From an uncultured Mycoplasmatota bacterium (GTDB taxonomy: Bacteria > Bacillota_I > Bacilli_A > RF39 > UBA660), in assembly GCA_900551455.1 (NCBI GenBank), contig URVV01000003.1, forward strand, positions 13,097-77,096: 64,000 bases of DNA. The letters run 5' to 3'. Under the pieces are notes generated by a model, which saw only the letters and a list, made by a program, of their open reading frames with translations, was not told where the DNA came from and did no database searches. The translations under genes were made by a program, and so were the position numbers. Positions 37,845-46,118 of the stretch are shown in pieces; position 1 is the first letter of the stretch, and each line of letters begins with the position of its first letter.

Positions 37845-37953
37845 TTGTGTGCATAACACAAACCCTTTATTTATATGGGTTAAATAGATTTGTGTGCATG
37901 ATTTTTTATTTTTCGCACACAAATTGCACACAATTTAATGATTTTGCACACAA
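37845..37953. repeat. Cluster of five TTGTGTGCA / TGCACACAA 9-mers (two in one orientation, three in the other)
   Basis: TTGTGTGCAT is at 37845 and 37889. GCACACAA is at 37915, and TTGCACACAA is at 37924 and 37944. An adjacent hairpin ATCAACA-cgaa-TGTTGAT is at 37818-37835. Confidence 0.7.
37902..37932 (+). repeat. Direct repeat DR-a, right copy
   Basis: See 30778-30808. Together the two copies bracket the whole cassette 30867-37631. Confidence 0.65.
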
Positions 37954-38003
37954 TTTAGCGTTTTTTTGACTAATCCCAATTGTACAAACCCTTATAAAAT
38001 AAG

Positions 38004-38048
38004 CTATTTACCACAGCACTGTTTGTACTTCTTACCACTTCCACATGG
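38004..38048 (-). repeat. SEC-C-motif ORF 3'-end remnant, copy 2
   Basis: It encodes PCGSGKKYKQCCGK-stop with a stop codon immediately upstream. It differs from copies 1 and 3 mainly at synonymous positions. A further degraded CGSGKK-like piece is at about 38061-38081. Confidence 0.65.
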
Positions 38049-38154
38049 CTAGCATTTTTAAGGCTTTTTACCACTGCCCACTCATTAATTTCCTTTAAAA
38101 ATGGGGCTTTTATTACCCTTATGTTTTAGTATATTCCAGATAATCTCTAGCAGA

Positions 38155-38182
38155 GTGGCTCTAAAAGTGGCTCCAGAATGGC
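38155..38182 (+). repeat. Direct repeat DR-b, copy 1 (att-like)
   Basis: The 19-nt core AAAGTGGCTCCAGAATGGC (38164-38182) is identical to 49070-49088. The 25-27 nt version matches 47267-47291. Confidence 0.7.
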
Positions 38183-38309
38183 AAATTTTCCACATCTTTT
38201 TATCTTTAATTTTCAACTACAATATACCATTTAATCCTTTATAAGTCTATATAACTTGACTTATTTTCAATTAAGAGTGATTAATATTACATTCTATTGG
38301 AGGTGTTTT

Positions 38310-38519
38310 GTGAAGTATATTATTAAGCCTAAGAATCGTATTGAGTGTATTAGTAGAAATGGCGATTATCACGGCTTCTTTATAATCAGGAATATTGATA
38401 TAGTACTATCTGCTAAAAAGCCGCGAGATCTTGAAGTAATGATGAAATTTAGGCATAAGATTGAAGAACAAATAGTAGACTACTTAAACTTTAAAAGTTA
38501 TCGAAAGGATAAAGAATAA
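38310..38519 (+). CDS. Small hypothetical protein
   Basis: GTG start at 38310, 6 nt after GGAGGTG. A terminator-like hairpin plus T run lies at 38519-38545. The ORF-track start at 38256 lacks an RBS. Confidence 0.4.
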   Translation: MKYIIKPKNRIECISRNGDYHGFFIIRNIDIVLSAKKPRDLEVMMKFRHKIEEQIVDYLNFKSYRKDKE

Positions 38520-38545
38520 AGCCCACCTTATTGGTGAGCTATTTT

Positions 38546-40738
38546 TTAAAACATTTTATCAATTAAATTCCAATTTTCATTTTCCATATCATCTGTATAT
38601 TCAGTATTACAATAATATAAGCAATTGTTTTTATCGTAATCTCTTACGAATGCCCAATTAACTTTATGCTTTTTAGAATACTCTTTTAAGGCTTCAAATT
38701 TATTTTCAACTTTAATATCTATATTCTTAGATTCTCCTGTTGTACTTTCTCCACCTTTTGTTTCTATAATCCATATTTTATCATTCTTATCACAAATAAT
38801 ATAGTCTGGATAAAAATGAAATTTCTTTTGTACTGCATTCACATAAACGATTGAGAAATAATTATCTGCTGATTCCCCATTCTTATAGAACCATTTAATA
38901 TTATCGCTGGTTTCACAATAGAATTCAAACATGCTTTCTGATCTAGATTTTACTCTACTACTTGGATACTCTTTATATGTATTCTTTTCATATACAGTTG
39001 TATCTTTCATTTGTGGATCATAATTAATATAATCCTCTTGAGGCATTCTCCAATTTGATTCTTTAATACCCTCTAGCTTCATCTTCATTTGTCTTGCTTT
39101 TTGATTTACTGCTTCTTCAAAATCATGTTTAATTGTATCATGGTTGTTGATGATAAATGCATAGAAGTCTAATAGTGACAAATCAACAAATTTCTTTGAG
39201 AATAACTTACTCTTTAAGAATAATCTTTCAAGCATTAGTTTTGTTCTATCATATCTTATTCCTATTCTTGAAGCTATTTCTGTAATAGAATCTCTATATT
39301 CATATCCATTTTTTGATGGATTAACAGCTGATTCGACTTTCATTCTTTCTGCATCTTGTATTTCATCTAATCTTATGAATTTACCCTTTACAATATAATT
39401 ATCTATTGTATCTTTAAATACATACCCATTAGCTTCTAATACTGACTTATTATTCTTTTTAGATCCTGTAAGTTTATACTTATCAACATAATATTTGTAT
39501 AAAATATTAAATGTTTCTCTATCATCAAAACCATCAAAATCGCTTTCTATATTCATCTTCTTTAATGTGAAGTTCTTATATTCTGGTTTTAAGAAAATAA
39601 CCTTTGCATTTTTAGCATTCTTACCAAGCTCTTGTTTAACTGACTGTTCATACTTTTCATCAAATGTATATAAATAACAATTATCTAATAATGTATTTTC
39701 ATAATGGTGGGCTTGAGGCATTCTTCTTATTCTACCTATCGTTTGAGTTTCAAAATCTTCACTCATATTATCACGAAGTTTAACAAGTATTTTAGCTCTT
39801 GGGCAATCCCATCCTGTTGATATAGCTTGCTTCATTATTAGTATAGCTTGATGTGCTTCATTATTTTCGATGTCTTCAAGATTCTCTTTTTTATCTGCTA
39901 ACCATATAGCAAGATTCTTTCTATCATATGAGTAACCTTTTTCTTCTAATAAATCTTCTATTTGTTTAATTAATTCATCTGACTTATTTGGCAATTGAAT
40001 TATTATTAAAGGGTTAACTTGAATGTTTTTATTAATATATTCTTCTTTAATTGCTTTTCTCTTATTAATTGCTAAATCTAATAAATACTCATGTTCATTA
40101 GTTAATATCTGTTCATTAGTTACATTTTCATTTATGTATAGTGCTCTCGTAATCAATCCTGCATTTATTACATCTAACTCATCTATTTCAATGAATTCTG
40201 CCTCTTTGTTTGTTTTGGTTGTAGCACTAACTCTAACAATGTATTTAGGATCTATAAAATCAATGATTGCTTCGGCTTTTACGGTCTTATTTAAGTGTTC
40301 CTCGTCTACTATTACTACAAAGTCATAACCATTGTTATATGCCTCTCTAACTCGCTCATAAAGGTTTTTTCTTTCTGCTTCTTTTAATGCAGTATTTCCT
40401 TTTTTTGTAATAGTTTCCCAATTTATAAAAGCAGTATCTTTAGCCTCAAATCCCTGTAATAAAACATCTTGAATATTCTTTGATTCCATATGTGGAAGAA
40501 ATTTTAACATTTTGCTTCTACTTTGCTCTTCCAAATCTCCTGATCCTGGAGTTAACCAAACAAAAATAGTTTTTCTATTTTCTTTTAAATATTCTTCAAT
40601 ATAAGAAAGCAATATAATGGTTTTACCTGATCCTGTTGGAGCTTGTACTAATACTTCCTTTTTCTTACCAACAGAAGTAGCATCTAATAATTTATTTACT
40701 GCTTCAATTTGAAATTCTTTTAATTCAATACTTTGCAT
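38546..40738 (-). CDS. res: Type III restriction enzyme, Res subunit (SF2 helicase + PD-(D/E)xK nuclease)
   Basis: Motif I QAPTGSGKT and motif II VIVDEEH. The C-terminal nuclease is YPDYIICDKNDKIWIIETKG. The TAATG overlaps the mod stop. Confidence 0.85.
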   Translation of the reverse strand: MQSIELKEFQIEAVNKLLDATSVGKKKEVLVQAPTGSGKTIILLSYIEEYLKENRKTIFVWLTPGSGDLEEQSRSKMLKFLPHMESKNIQDVLLQGFEAKDTAFINWETITKKGNTALKEAERKNLYERVREAYNNGYDFVVIVDEEHLNKTVKAEAIIDFIDPKYIVRVSATTKTNKEAEFIEIDELDVINAGLITRALYINENVTNEQILTNEHEYLLDLAINKRKAIKEEYINKNIQVNPLIIIQLPNKSDELIKQIEDLLEEKGYSYDRKNLAIWLADKKENLEDIENNEAHQAILIMKQAISTGWDCPRAKILVKLRDNMSEDFETQTIGRIRRMPQAHHYENTLLDNCYLYTFDEKYEQSVKQELGKNAKNAKVIFLKPEYKNFTLKKMNIESDFDGFDDRETFNILYKYYVDKYKLTGSKKNNKSVLEANGYVFKDTIDNYIVKGKFIRLDEIQDAERMKVESAVNPSKNGYEYRDSITEIASRIGIRYDRTKLMLERLFLKSKLFSKKFVDLSLLDFYAFIINNHDTIKHDFEEAVNQKARQMKMKLEGIKESNWRMPQEDYINYDPQMKDTTVYEKNTYKEYPSSRVKSRSESMFEFYCETSDNIKWFYKNGESADNYFSIVYVNAVQKKFHFYPDYIICDKNDKIWIIETKGGESTTGESKNIDIKVENKFEALKEYSKKHKVNWAFVRDYDKNNCLYYCNTEYTDDMENENWNLIDKMF

Positions 40739-42489
40739 TATGCCACCTCTCTTATCTCATCTTCAAAATAGTATTCTGGAATTATAAACAACTCAATGTT
40801 AAAGTCTTTAAATATCTGACTTTGCCTAGATGTTAATAATATATCAGAAGATATGTATAATTTTTCACATTCATTTAATTCTTTATCATTTGATGTAAAT
40901 TTATCAATTTCTTCTTCTGATAAAATAACTCTTACTATTTTATCATCAATCTCTATGCCATTTTCAAGTTGTATAAGATTTTTTATATTTATCATTAAAT
41001 TTTTGCTTAAATCTTCTTCATCAGTATTTATTCTAGGAATATAAGCTGTTTTATAATATTTTAAATTGCCATCAATACTCTTATGTTTTGAGTAGCCATT
41101 AATTACATTTTTTAATCTGTTATATGTTATTTCTTCACAAATATTATTTTCATTATTAGTACACAAAATAAATTTTCTTGAACCATCATCTTCTTTATTC
41201 AATTCTAATACTGCTTGTCCTGTTGATCCTGATCCTGCAAAGAAATCCAATACTACAGCATTTTTTGATTGATGATAATTAATTAACTCTTTCAACATTT
41301 TAACTGGTTTTTTACCACTATTAAATGGTACACCACCCTCTTGCCTAATATTTCCAAAGTCGCCACTATAATTATAATAATTTGAAATTGGACGAGTCTT
41401 TGTGGATATTCCTTTTTTCACATCTTCCAATCTTTCTAATGGAACTCCACTATAAAATTTTCCTCTTATGGCATCAGCCTTTTTTGGACCTGTAACATAT
41501 CTATATCCTAATCCATCCTCTCCCATATTGGCAATTTTATATAATACATTTAATCCATCTATTCCTTTTCTTTGTATTAAATACTTTGATAAAAACTCTG
41601 CAGCTGTTCCACTTTGTCTAACTATACTTCCTGATGCCCATGTTTCTTTTAGTAAATCAACTGAACCAGCTTCTTCTTTTTCTATTTTCCATTCTCCATC
41701 TTTAAAAATTGTAACTTCCTTATTTCCTATTTTTTCTGTTTTTCCTGGTGTTAATTCAGTTATTTTATAACAAAATTTAGAAATATCATATGGTTCAGAT
41801 GGTTTATTAGCCTTAAATAAAAGTTTGTTTTTTGCATATATTAGTACATATTCCATTACTGGTTGCCAATCATTATCTTCATTAAGACTTTTATTATCAT
41901 ATCTTACTTGTACATGATGAGTAGAAAGTCTATTAAACTCTCCAAAAATATCATCACATAAAATCTTTAATTGTGCTATTTCATTCTCATCAATTGAAAT
42001 AAATATTATTCCATCATCACATAATAAATCTTTTGCTATTTTAAGTCTTTTTTCCATGAAAGATAGCCATTTAGAATGTTTATAGCCATCAAGATTATCA
42101 ACTATTTTATCATTGTATATAAAATCTTCATTTCCTGTATTATAAGGTGGATCAATGTATATTATATCTATTTTTCCTCTATGAGTTTTTTCCAACAAGT
42201 ATAAACTATGTAAATTATCTCCCTCTAATAAGAAATTGAACTTTGATGCTCTTTGTTTAAGTATTTTCTTTGACTTAACCTCTTCAAAAGTTGGAATCTT
42301 TGTTTTTAATTCTTTATCAACTCTTTCCTCGTGTTCTTCCCATATTAATCCATATTTTTTCTTTGTTAATTCATTTTCAATTAATGATAAATTATTTAAT
42401 GTTTCTTCGTCTGACACATTTTTCTTTATTTCATTAATTGTGTTTAACATTCTTTCTCTTCTTATTTTTGATAAATTAGTTGTTTCCAT
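40738..42489 (-). CDS. mod: Type III DNA methyltransferase, Mod subunit (N6-adenine)
   Basis: Motif IV IIYIDPPYNTGN and motif I VLDFFAGSGSTGQA. I place the start at METTNLSK (ATG 42489), which is preceded by GGGGAGG and lies 1 nt after the XRE gene stop. Confidence 0.85.
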   Translation of the reverse strand: METTNLSKIRRERMLNTINEIKKNVSDEETLNNLSLIENELTKKKYGLIWEEHEERVDKELKTKIPTFEEVKSKKILKQRASKFNFLLEGDNLHSLYLLEKTHRGKIDIIYIDPPYNTGNEDFIYNDKIVDNLDGYKHSKWLSFMEKRLKIAKDLLCDDGIIFISIDENEIAQLKILCDDIFGEFNRLSTHHVQVRYDNKSLNEDNDWQPVMEYVLIYAKNKLLFKANKPSEPYDISKFCYKITELTPGKTEKIGNKEVTIFKDGEWKIEKEEAGSVDLLKETWASGSIVRQSGTAAEFLSKYLIQRKGIDGLNVLYKIANMGEDGLGYRYVTGPKKADAIRGKFYSGVPLERLEDVKKGISTKTRPISNYYNYSGDFGNIRQEGGVPFNSGKKPVKMLKELINYHQSKNAVVLDFFAGSGSTGQAVLELNKEDDGSRKFILCTNNENNICEEITYNRLKNVINGYSKHKSIDGNLKYYKTAYIPRINTDEEDLSKNLMINIKNLIQLENGIEIDDKIVRVILSEEEIDKFTSNDKELNECEKLYISSDILLTSRQSQIFKDFNIELFIIPEYYFEDEIREVA

Positions 42490-42490
42490 A

Positions 42491-42835
42491 TTATTTAACC
42501 TCCCCAGAATTATTTTCATATATTATTTTTCTTATTTTTTCTTTAGCTTCATCATTTCCAATAATAAATTCTTCTATATCAGCAGGTATTTTTTTATTTT
42601 TATGACAGTCACACACTAAATCATATAATTGTATTTGCTCTTTCTTATCTAATCCCAATACCATAATCATTTTTTTCATCAATGCTGGAGATGGTGTTCT
42701 CTTTCCATTTTCTAAATCATGTAAATATTGAGTTTTAATGCCTAACTCATTTATAATATCTGCTTTTGTCTTCGTAGGTTTATTAACTTTTCTATCAACC
42801 TTTTTCTTTATAAATTCTCCTAATTTCTCATACAT
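42491..42835 (-). CDS. XRE-family HTH protein, controller (C-protein)-like, upstream of mod-res
   Basis: The HTH_3 pattern is KADIINELGIKTQYLHDLENGKRTPS. The gene is translationally coupled to mod. Confidence 0.7.
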   Translation of the reverse strand: MYEKLGEFIKKKVDRKVNKPTKTKADIINELGIKTQYLHDLENGKRTPSPALMKKMIMVLGLDKKEQIQLYDLVCDCHKNKKIPADIEEFIIGNDEAKEKIRKIIYENNSGEVK

Positions 42836-42858
42836 AATATCACCCTTTTTTCAATATC

Positions 42859-42870
42859 AGCATATATGCT
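42859..42870. promoter_or_regulatory. Perfect palindrome AGCATATATGCT upstream of the XRE-mod-res operon (candidate operator / C-box)
   Basis: A 12-bp perfect palindrome 24 nt upstream of the XRE start codon. Confidence 0.4.
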
Positions 42871-42978
42871 TATCAACTTATATGTTTATTATAGCATAAA
42901 TAAAAAAATATCACAATAATTTGCTATTAACTTGCAATATTTTCTATTTAGAGTGATTAATACAACATGGAGGTGTCT

Positions 42979-43302
42979 ATGTTAAGAAAATCTACTGATG
43001 AAGATATTAGTAATGAAGAGCTAGAAACGATAATTAATCCTTTTTATGACAATTATCACAATTATGTAGAAGAATATATAATGCCTGAAGTTATTGCTTT
43101 TTATATTGCTAATTCTTTTTATAGGAATGCTATGTGGGAAGCAACTTTCTTACAGCACTATAATTCAGCTTCTGATATGTTTAATTTATATGATGAAGAT
43201 TATGAGAAAACTAAAGCAGAAGTAATTAAATTATTAAGGATTAAATATTCTTTAGAAATAATTAGTGAAGATCCTTTAGATCTAAAAAAAATAGAGTATT
43301 AG
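42979..43302 (+). CDS. Hypothetical protein
   Basis: The ATG at 42979 lies 5 nt after GGAGGTG. The leader (AGAGTGATTAATA...GGAGGTGT) is repeated upstream of the 38310 ORF. Confidence 0.45.
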   Translation: MLRKSTDEDISNEELETIINPFYDNYHNYVEEYIMPEVIAFYIANSFYRNAMWEATFLQHYNSASDMFNLYDEDYEKTKAEVIKLLRIKYSLEIISEDPLDLKKIEY

Positions 43303-43390
43303 TTTTACCATTATTGGCTTCTAATACTCTTTTTATATATGCTTTTTCTCTTTCTTTCATAATTATATTTTCCAAAAAACTCACGGAAAA

Positions 43391-43939
43391 TTATTGTTTG
43401 TGTGTGTTTAGGTGGCTGGTCGGTCTTGAATAATCCCAATCATTATTTGGATCACACCCCGGGGGTACTGGCAGATTTTCATCAAACAATATTAATCCTC
43501 GATACTCTTTAAGATAGTCGTATTCATCTACAGCTTTTAATATTTCTAATTTGTGATGCTCAGAAATTTCATCTTTTAAAAACTCAATGGCTATATCATC
43601 ACATAATTTAAAATGTTTGTCTTTTATTTCTTCTGGACTACCACTTATATTTTTCATATAGTATCCATTATCTTGCATTTTCACAAATACTTCTGATCTT
43701 CTTTCAAATAGTATCCTACTTACTGATAATTGCATTTGCATAAATGTTGGTGCTTTTATATATCTCATATCAAATATTCTACTTATAGCCTTATCTACTA
43801 AATCAAAATCAAATCTTATAAATAACTTTTCAAAGGTTTCGACATACTCATATTTTTCTTCTTTGCTTAATCGAAAGAATTCATCAGGAAATCTATCTTT
43901 TATTCTAGATACTAACTTTACTATCTGATTCTTTTCCAT
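43391..43939 (-). CDS. Hypothetical replication-module protein (possibly G39P-like helicase loader)
   Basis: It sits directly after the replisome-organiser gene. The N-terminal pattern IVKLVSRIKDRFPDEF...KAPTFMQM is reminiscent of SPP1 G39P-type loaders. This is a weak call. Confidence 0.35.
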   Translation of the reverse strand: MEKNQIVKLVSRIKDRFPDEFFRLSKEEKYEYVETFEKLFIRFDFDLVDKAISRIFDMRYIKAPTFMQMQLSVSRILFERRSEVFVKMQDNGYYMKNISGSPEEIKDKHFKLCDDIAIEFLKDEISEHHKLEILKAVDEYDYLKEYRGLILFDENLPVPPGCDPNNDWDYSRPTSHLNTHKQ

Positions 43940-44798
43940 TTAAATAATCATCCATAACATCTTCAAATGATGATTTATCATTTTTAGAATTATTTCCTAT
44001 TAAATACTTATTAAAATTCTTAGGATTAAATAAAGTACCCGGTCGTAAGTATTTTCTTTTTTCGGGATCATTTCCCCATTCATCAGACTTATTATCTATA
44101 ACCTTTTTAAAATCATCTATGGTATATCCACTATCCAATAATTCTATTATCCAATTAGTAACAAAGTCATTATTAGTAGTAAAATTTTTATTTGATTTAA
44201 TATTTAAATAATTTATTATTTCTTCAATTGTACTATTGTATTTATTGTTTAATTGTATATTTGTATTTGAATATGAGTTATTACTATTATTATTTATTTC
44301 TATTTCTTCTTTTATATTTGTTTCTTGTTCTATATATGTTAGACAAATGTCTTCATCACTTAGTGGACAAATGTCTTCTACTTCTTCTTTATCTTTTTTA
44401 TTATTCCTTTGTTTTTTCTTGTTTTGAGCTCCAATTGTCGTTCTCTTTGTGTATTTTAATGCATCAGGAATAAAATAAGAACCATCTTCTTTTTTCTCAA
44501 TTATTTTATATTTTTGAAATATTTCTAATCCATTTTTTACAATTGATTCCCTGTGGTTAAATATTATTGATAATTCTTTTGTTGTATATGGAACTATTTT
44601 GTCATCAAAGAAATTTGCTAATACACCATCTTTGTTTAATGATTCTATCAACAATTCTTCATATAAAGTTAAATATTCAAATCCGTTCTTTTCTGCTCTT
44701 ATTTTTCTCACAAAGTCTTGTCTATAATAATTTTCCGGCTTTTGAAAAAAGAGCATTACTGTCTTATTGTAAGCCATATTTAATAATTGAAAAAGCAA
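43905..44798 (-). CDS. Phage-type replisome organiser (N-terminal organiser domain + conserved phage C-terminus)
   Basis: N-terminal part: YYRQDFVRKIRAEKNGFEYLTLYEELL. C-terminal part: W..D.EKRKYLRPGTLFNPKNFNKYL, which matches the Phg_2220_C-type tail as I recall it. The likely start is MAYNK at 44777. Confidence 0.6.
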   Translation of the reverse strand: MLFQLLNMAYNKTVMLFFQKPENYYRQDFVRKIRAEKNGFEYLTLYEELLIESLNKDGVLANFFDDKIVPYTTKELSIIFNHRESIVKNGLEIFQKYKIIEKKEDGSYFIPDALKYTKRTTIGAQNKKKQRNNKKDKEEVEDICPLSDEDICLTYIEQETNIKEEIEINNNSNNSYSNTNIQLNNKYNSTIEEIINYLNIKSNKNFTTNNDFVTNWIIELLDSGYTIDDFKKVIDNKSDEWGNDPEKRKYLRPGTLFNPKNFNKYLIGNNSKNDKSSFEDVMDDYLNGKESDSKVSI

Positions 44799-44812
44799 AT
44801 ATAATAATGAAA

Positions 44813-45067
44813 TTATTTTTCATATGAAGCCACCTCACGAAGATAATCAAGGTTAATATTAAAATACTTTAATACCTCAGTCATAGGAACTAATCTTCTA
44901 TTTCTAACTTTTTTATCCCCATCGTAATAATCAGCTATTATTTCATTTCTAATAGCATATGCCTTATTTCTACCAACACTCCCTATAACCATTATATCTT
45001 TTGCACTAGCCCACTGACTTGAGGCTATTACTAATAAATCTCTAGCATTTAATTTTTCATTATTCAT
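44813..45067 (-). CDS. Small DNA-binding protein in the Cro/excisionase-like position (hypothetical)
   Basis: 84 aa, divergent from the CI-like repressor. It has an HTH-like stretch AKDIMVIGSVGRNKAYAIRNEI. Confidence 0.35.
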   Translation of the reverse strand: MNNEKLNARDLLVIASSQWASAKDIMVIGSVGRNKAYAIRNEIIADYYDGDKKVRNRRLVPMTEVLKYFNINLDYLREVASYEK

Positions 45068-45099
45068 TTTTTATCATCCCTTTCATATTTGTTTTAAGT

Positions 45100-45124
45100 T
45101 TTAAAGTTTGCTAGACCTTTGTAC
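45100..45124. repeat. 25-bp inverted repeat, left arm (GTTTTAAAGTTTGCTAGACCTTTGT)
   Basis: Its reverse complement is found at 45998-46022 with one mismatch. The two arms bracket the repressor gene and its promoter region. Confidence 0.75.
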
Positions 45125-45293
45125 TACGACTTTTTACATTCATTTCAATACGATTTCCTCCTCTCATCCCCCCTGCTACAATAACATAATACACCATCTC
45201 GGAGACTTTGTAAATAATTTTATACGATTTCTTTCGTATTTTCTGTTGCAATTTAAATACGAATATGTTATTATAGGTATGAGGTGGTAAGAA

Positions 45294-45956
45294 ATGGGAA
45301 ATGTAAATCAAAACGAAGAAGCTAAAATATTTGCTGAAAACCTTTCCTATTATATGAAATTGCATAAAGTAGATCGCGTTATGCTAGCTAATGAGTTAGG
45401 ATTTAAATATACTACTGTGTGTGATTGGTGTAATGGAAAAGTTGTTCCAAGAAAAAATAAAATAAAAGTATTAGCAAACTATTTTAGTATTTCTGAAAGT
45501 GATCTAACATGGAGAGATAATTTACTTACTGATAAAAACATTAATAAAAAAAGAGAGATTCTAGTATATAAAGATTTTCCTACTAAGTTATCATTTGATA
45601 AAGAATCTGAAAGTAATTATCTATGGGAAGAAATTGAACTACCAACTCTTTATGGTGATCCTAATAATTACTTTGGATACATTATATTTGATGAAATTAA
45701 TAACTATGGCAAGAAAGTATTTCCTGAAGATACAATTGTATTTAAGAAAAGTGATAGAATCACAAAGAAAAATACTTTCTATGTTATTAAAGCAAGTAAG
45801 GGAAAGCCTATGATTGCTTACTTAACAGAAAGTGATAATAGTTATATCTTTATGCCTATTATTGAATATAACAAAATTAAACCTATAGTATGCTCTAAAG
45901 ATGAGTTAAATGTAAAAATCATTGGAGTATCAAAATACTTAACAAGAAATCTATAA
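45294..45956 (+). CDS. CI/LexA-like repressor: XRE HTH + S24-peptidase-like C-terminal domain
   Basis: The HTH_3 is FAENLSYYMKLHKVDRVMLANELGFKYTTVCDWCNG. The C-terminal beta-rich domain has DTIVFKK...FYVIKASKGKPMIAY, similar to S24 LexA-like domains. Confidence 0.65.
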   Translation: MGNVNQNEEAKIFAENLSYYMKLHKVDRVMLANELGFKYTTVCDWCNGKVVPRKNKIKVLANYFSISESDLTWRDNLLTDKNINKKREILVYKDFPTKLSFDKESESNYLWEEIELPTLYGDPNNYFGYIIFDEINNYGKKVFPEDTIVFKKSDRITKKNTFYVIKASKGKPMIAYLTESDNSYIFMPIIEYNKIKPIVCSKDELNVKIIGVSKYLTRNL

Positions 45957-45997
45957 AAAAAGACCTACTGCTCGAACAGTAAGTCTAATGGATAACC

Positions 45998-46022
45998 ACA
46001 AAAGTCTAGCAAACTTTAAAAC
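45998..46022. repeat. 25-bp inverted repeat, right arm (ACAAAAGTCTAGCAAACTTTAAAAC)
   Basis: See 45100-45124. This arm lies between the repressor terminator hairpin (45961-45986) and the integrase start. Confidence 0.75.
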
Positions 46023-46118
46023 AACTCCTGAAAGGATCGTTATAATTGGCTTCCAAGTACATTATATCACTTTTCAGGTACTTACACAATAAAAGTATGA
46101 AAGGAAAGTGATTTTATT

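Larger units (their letters stand above)
30611..38048. mobile_element. Integrase-less genomic island A (WYL-regulated enzyme cassette) between SEC-C remnant copies 1 and 2
   Basis: It is bounded by att-like SEC-C 3'-end copies. Its left flank resembles the int-proximal end of the ICE at 49.2 kb. It is visibly more AT-rich than the core genes, and no recombinase gene lies inside. Confidence 0.45.

Noticed and set aside
37746-37931. 61-aa Cys-rich ORF (MCNLCAKNKKSCTQ...)
   Set aside because: Its Cys codons are simply the TGTGTGCA repeat words read in frame, and no RBS precedes the ATG. I treat it as a by-product of the repeat cluster.
37845-37953. Possible CRISPR array
   Set aside because: The repeats are only 9-10 nt, occur in both orientations and have irregular 0-35 nt spacing. 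There are no cas genes. This is not CRISPR.
45108-45365. ORFs 45108-45290 (+) and 45111-45365 (-)
   Set aside because: They lie in the divergent promoter region between the Cro-like and CI-like genes and overlap the repressor start. Neither has an RBS.
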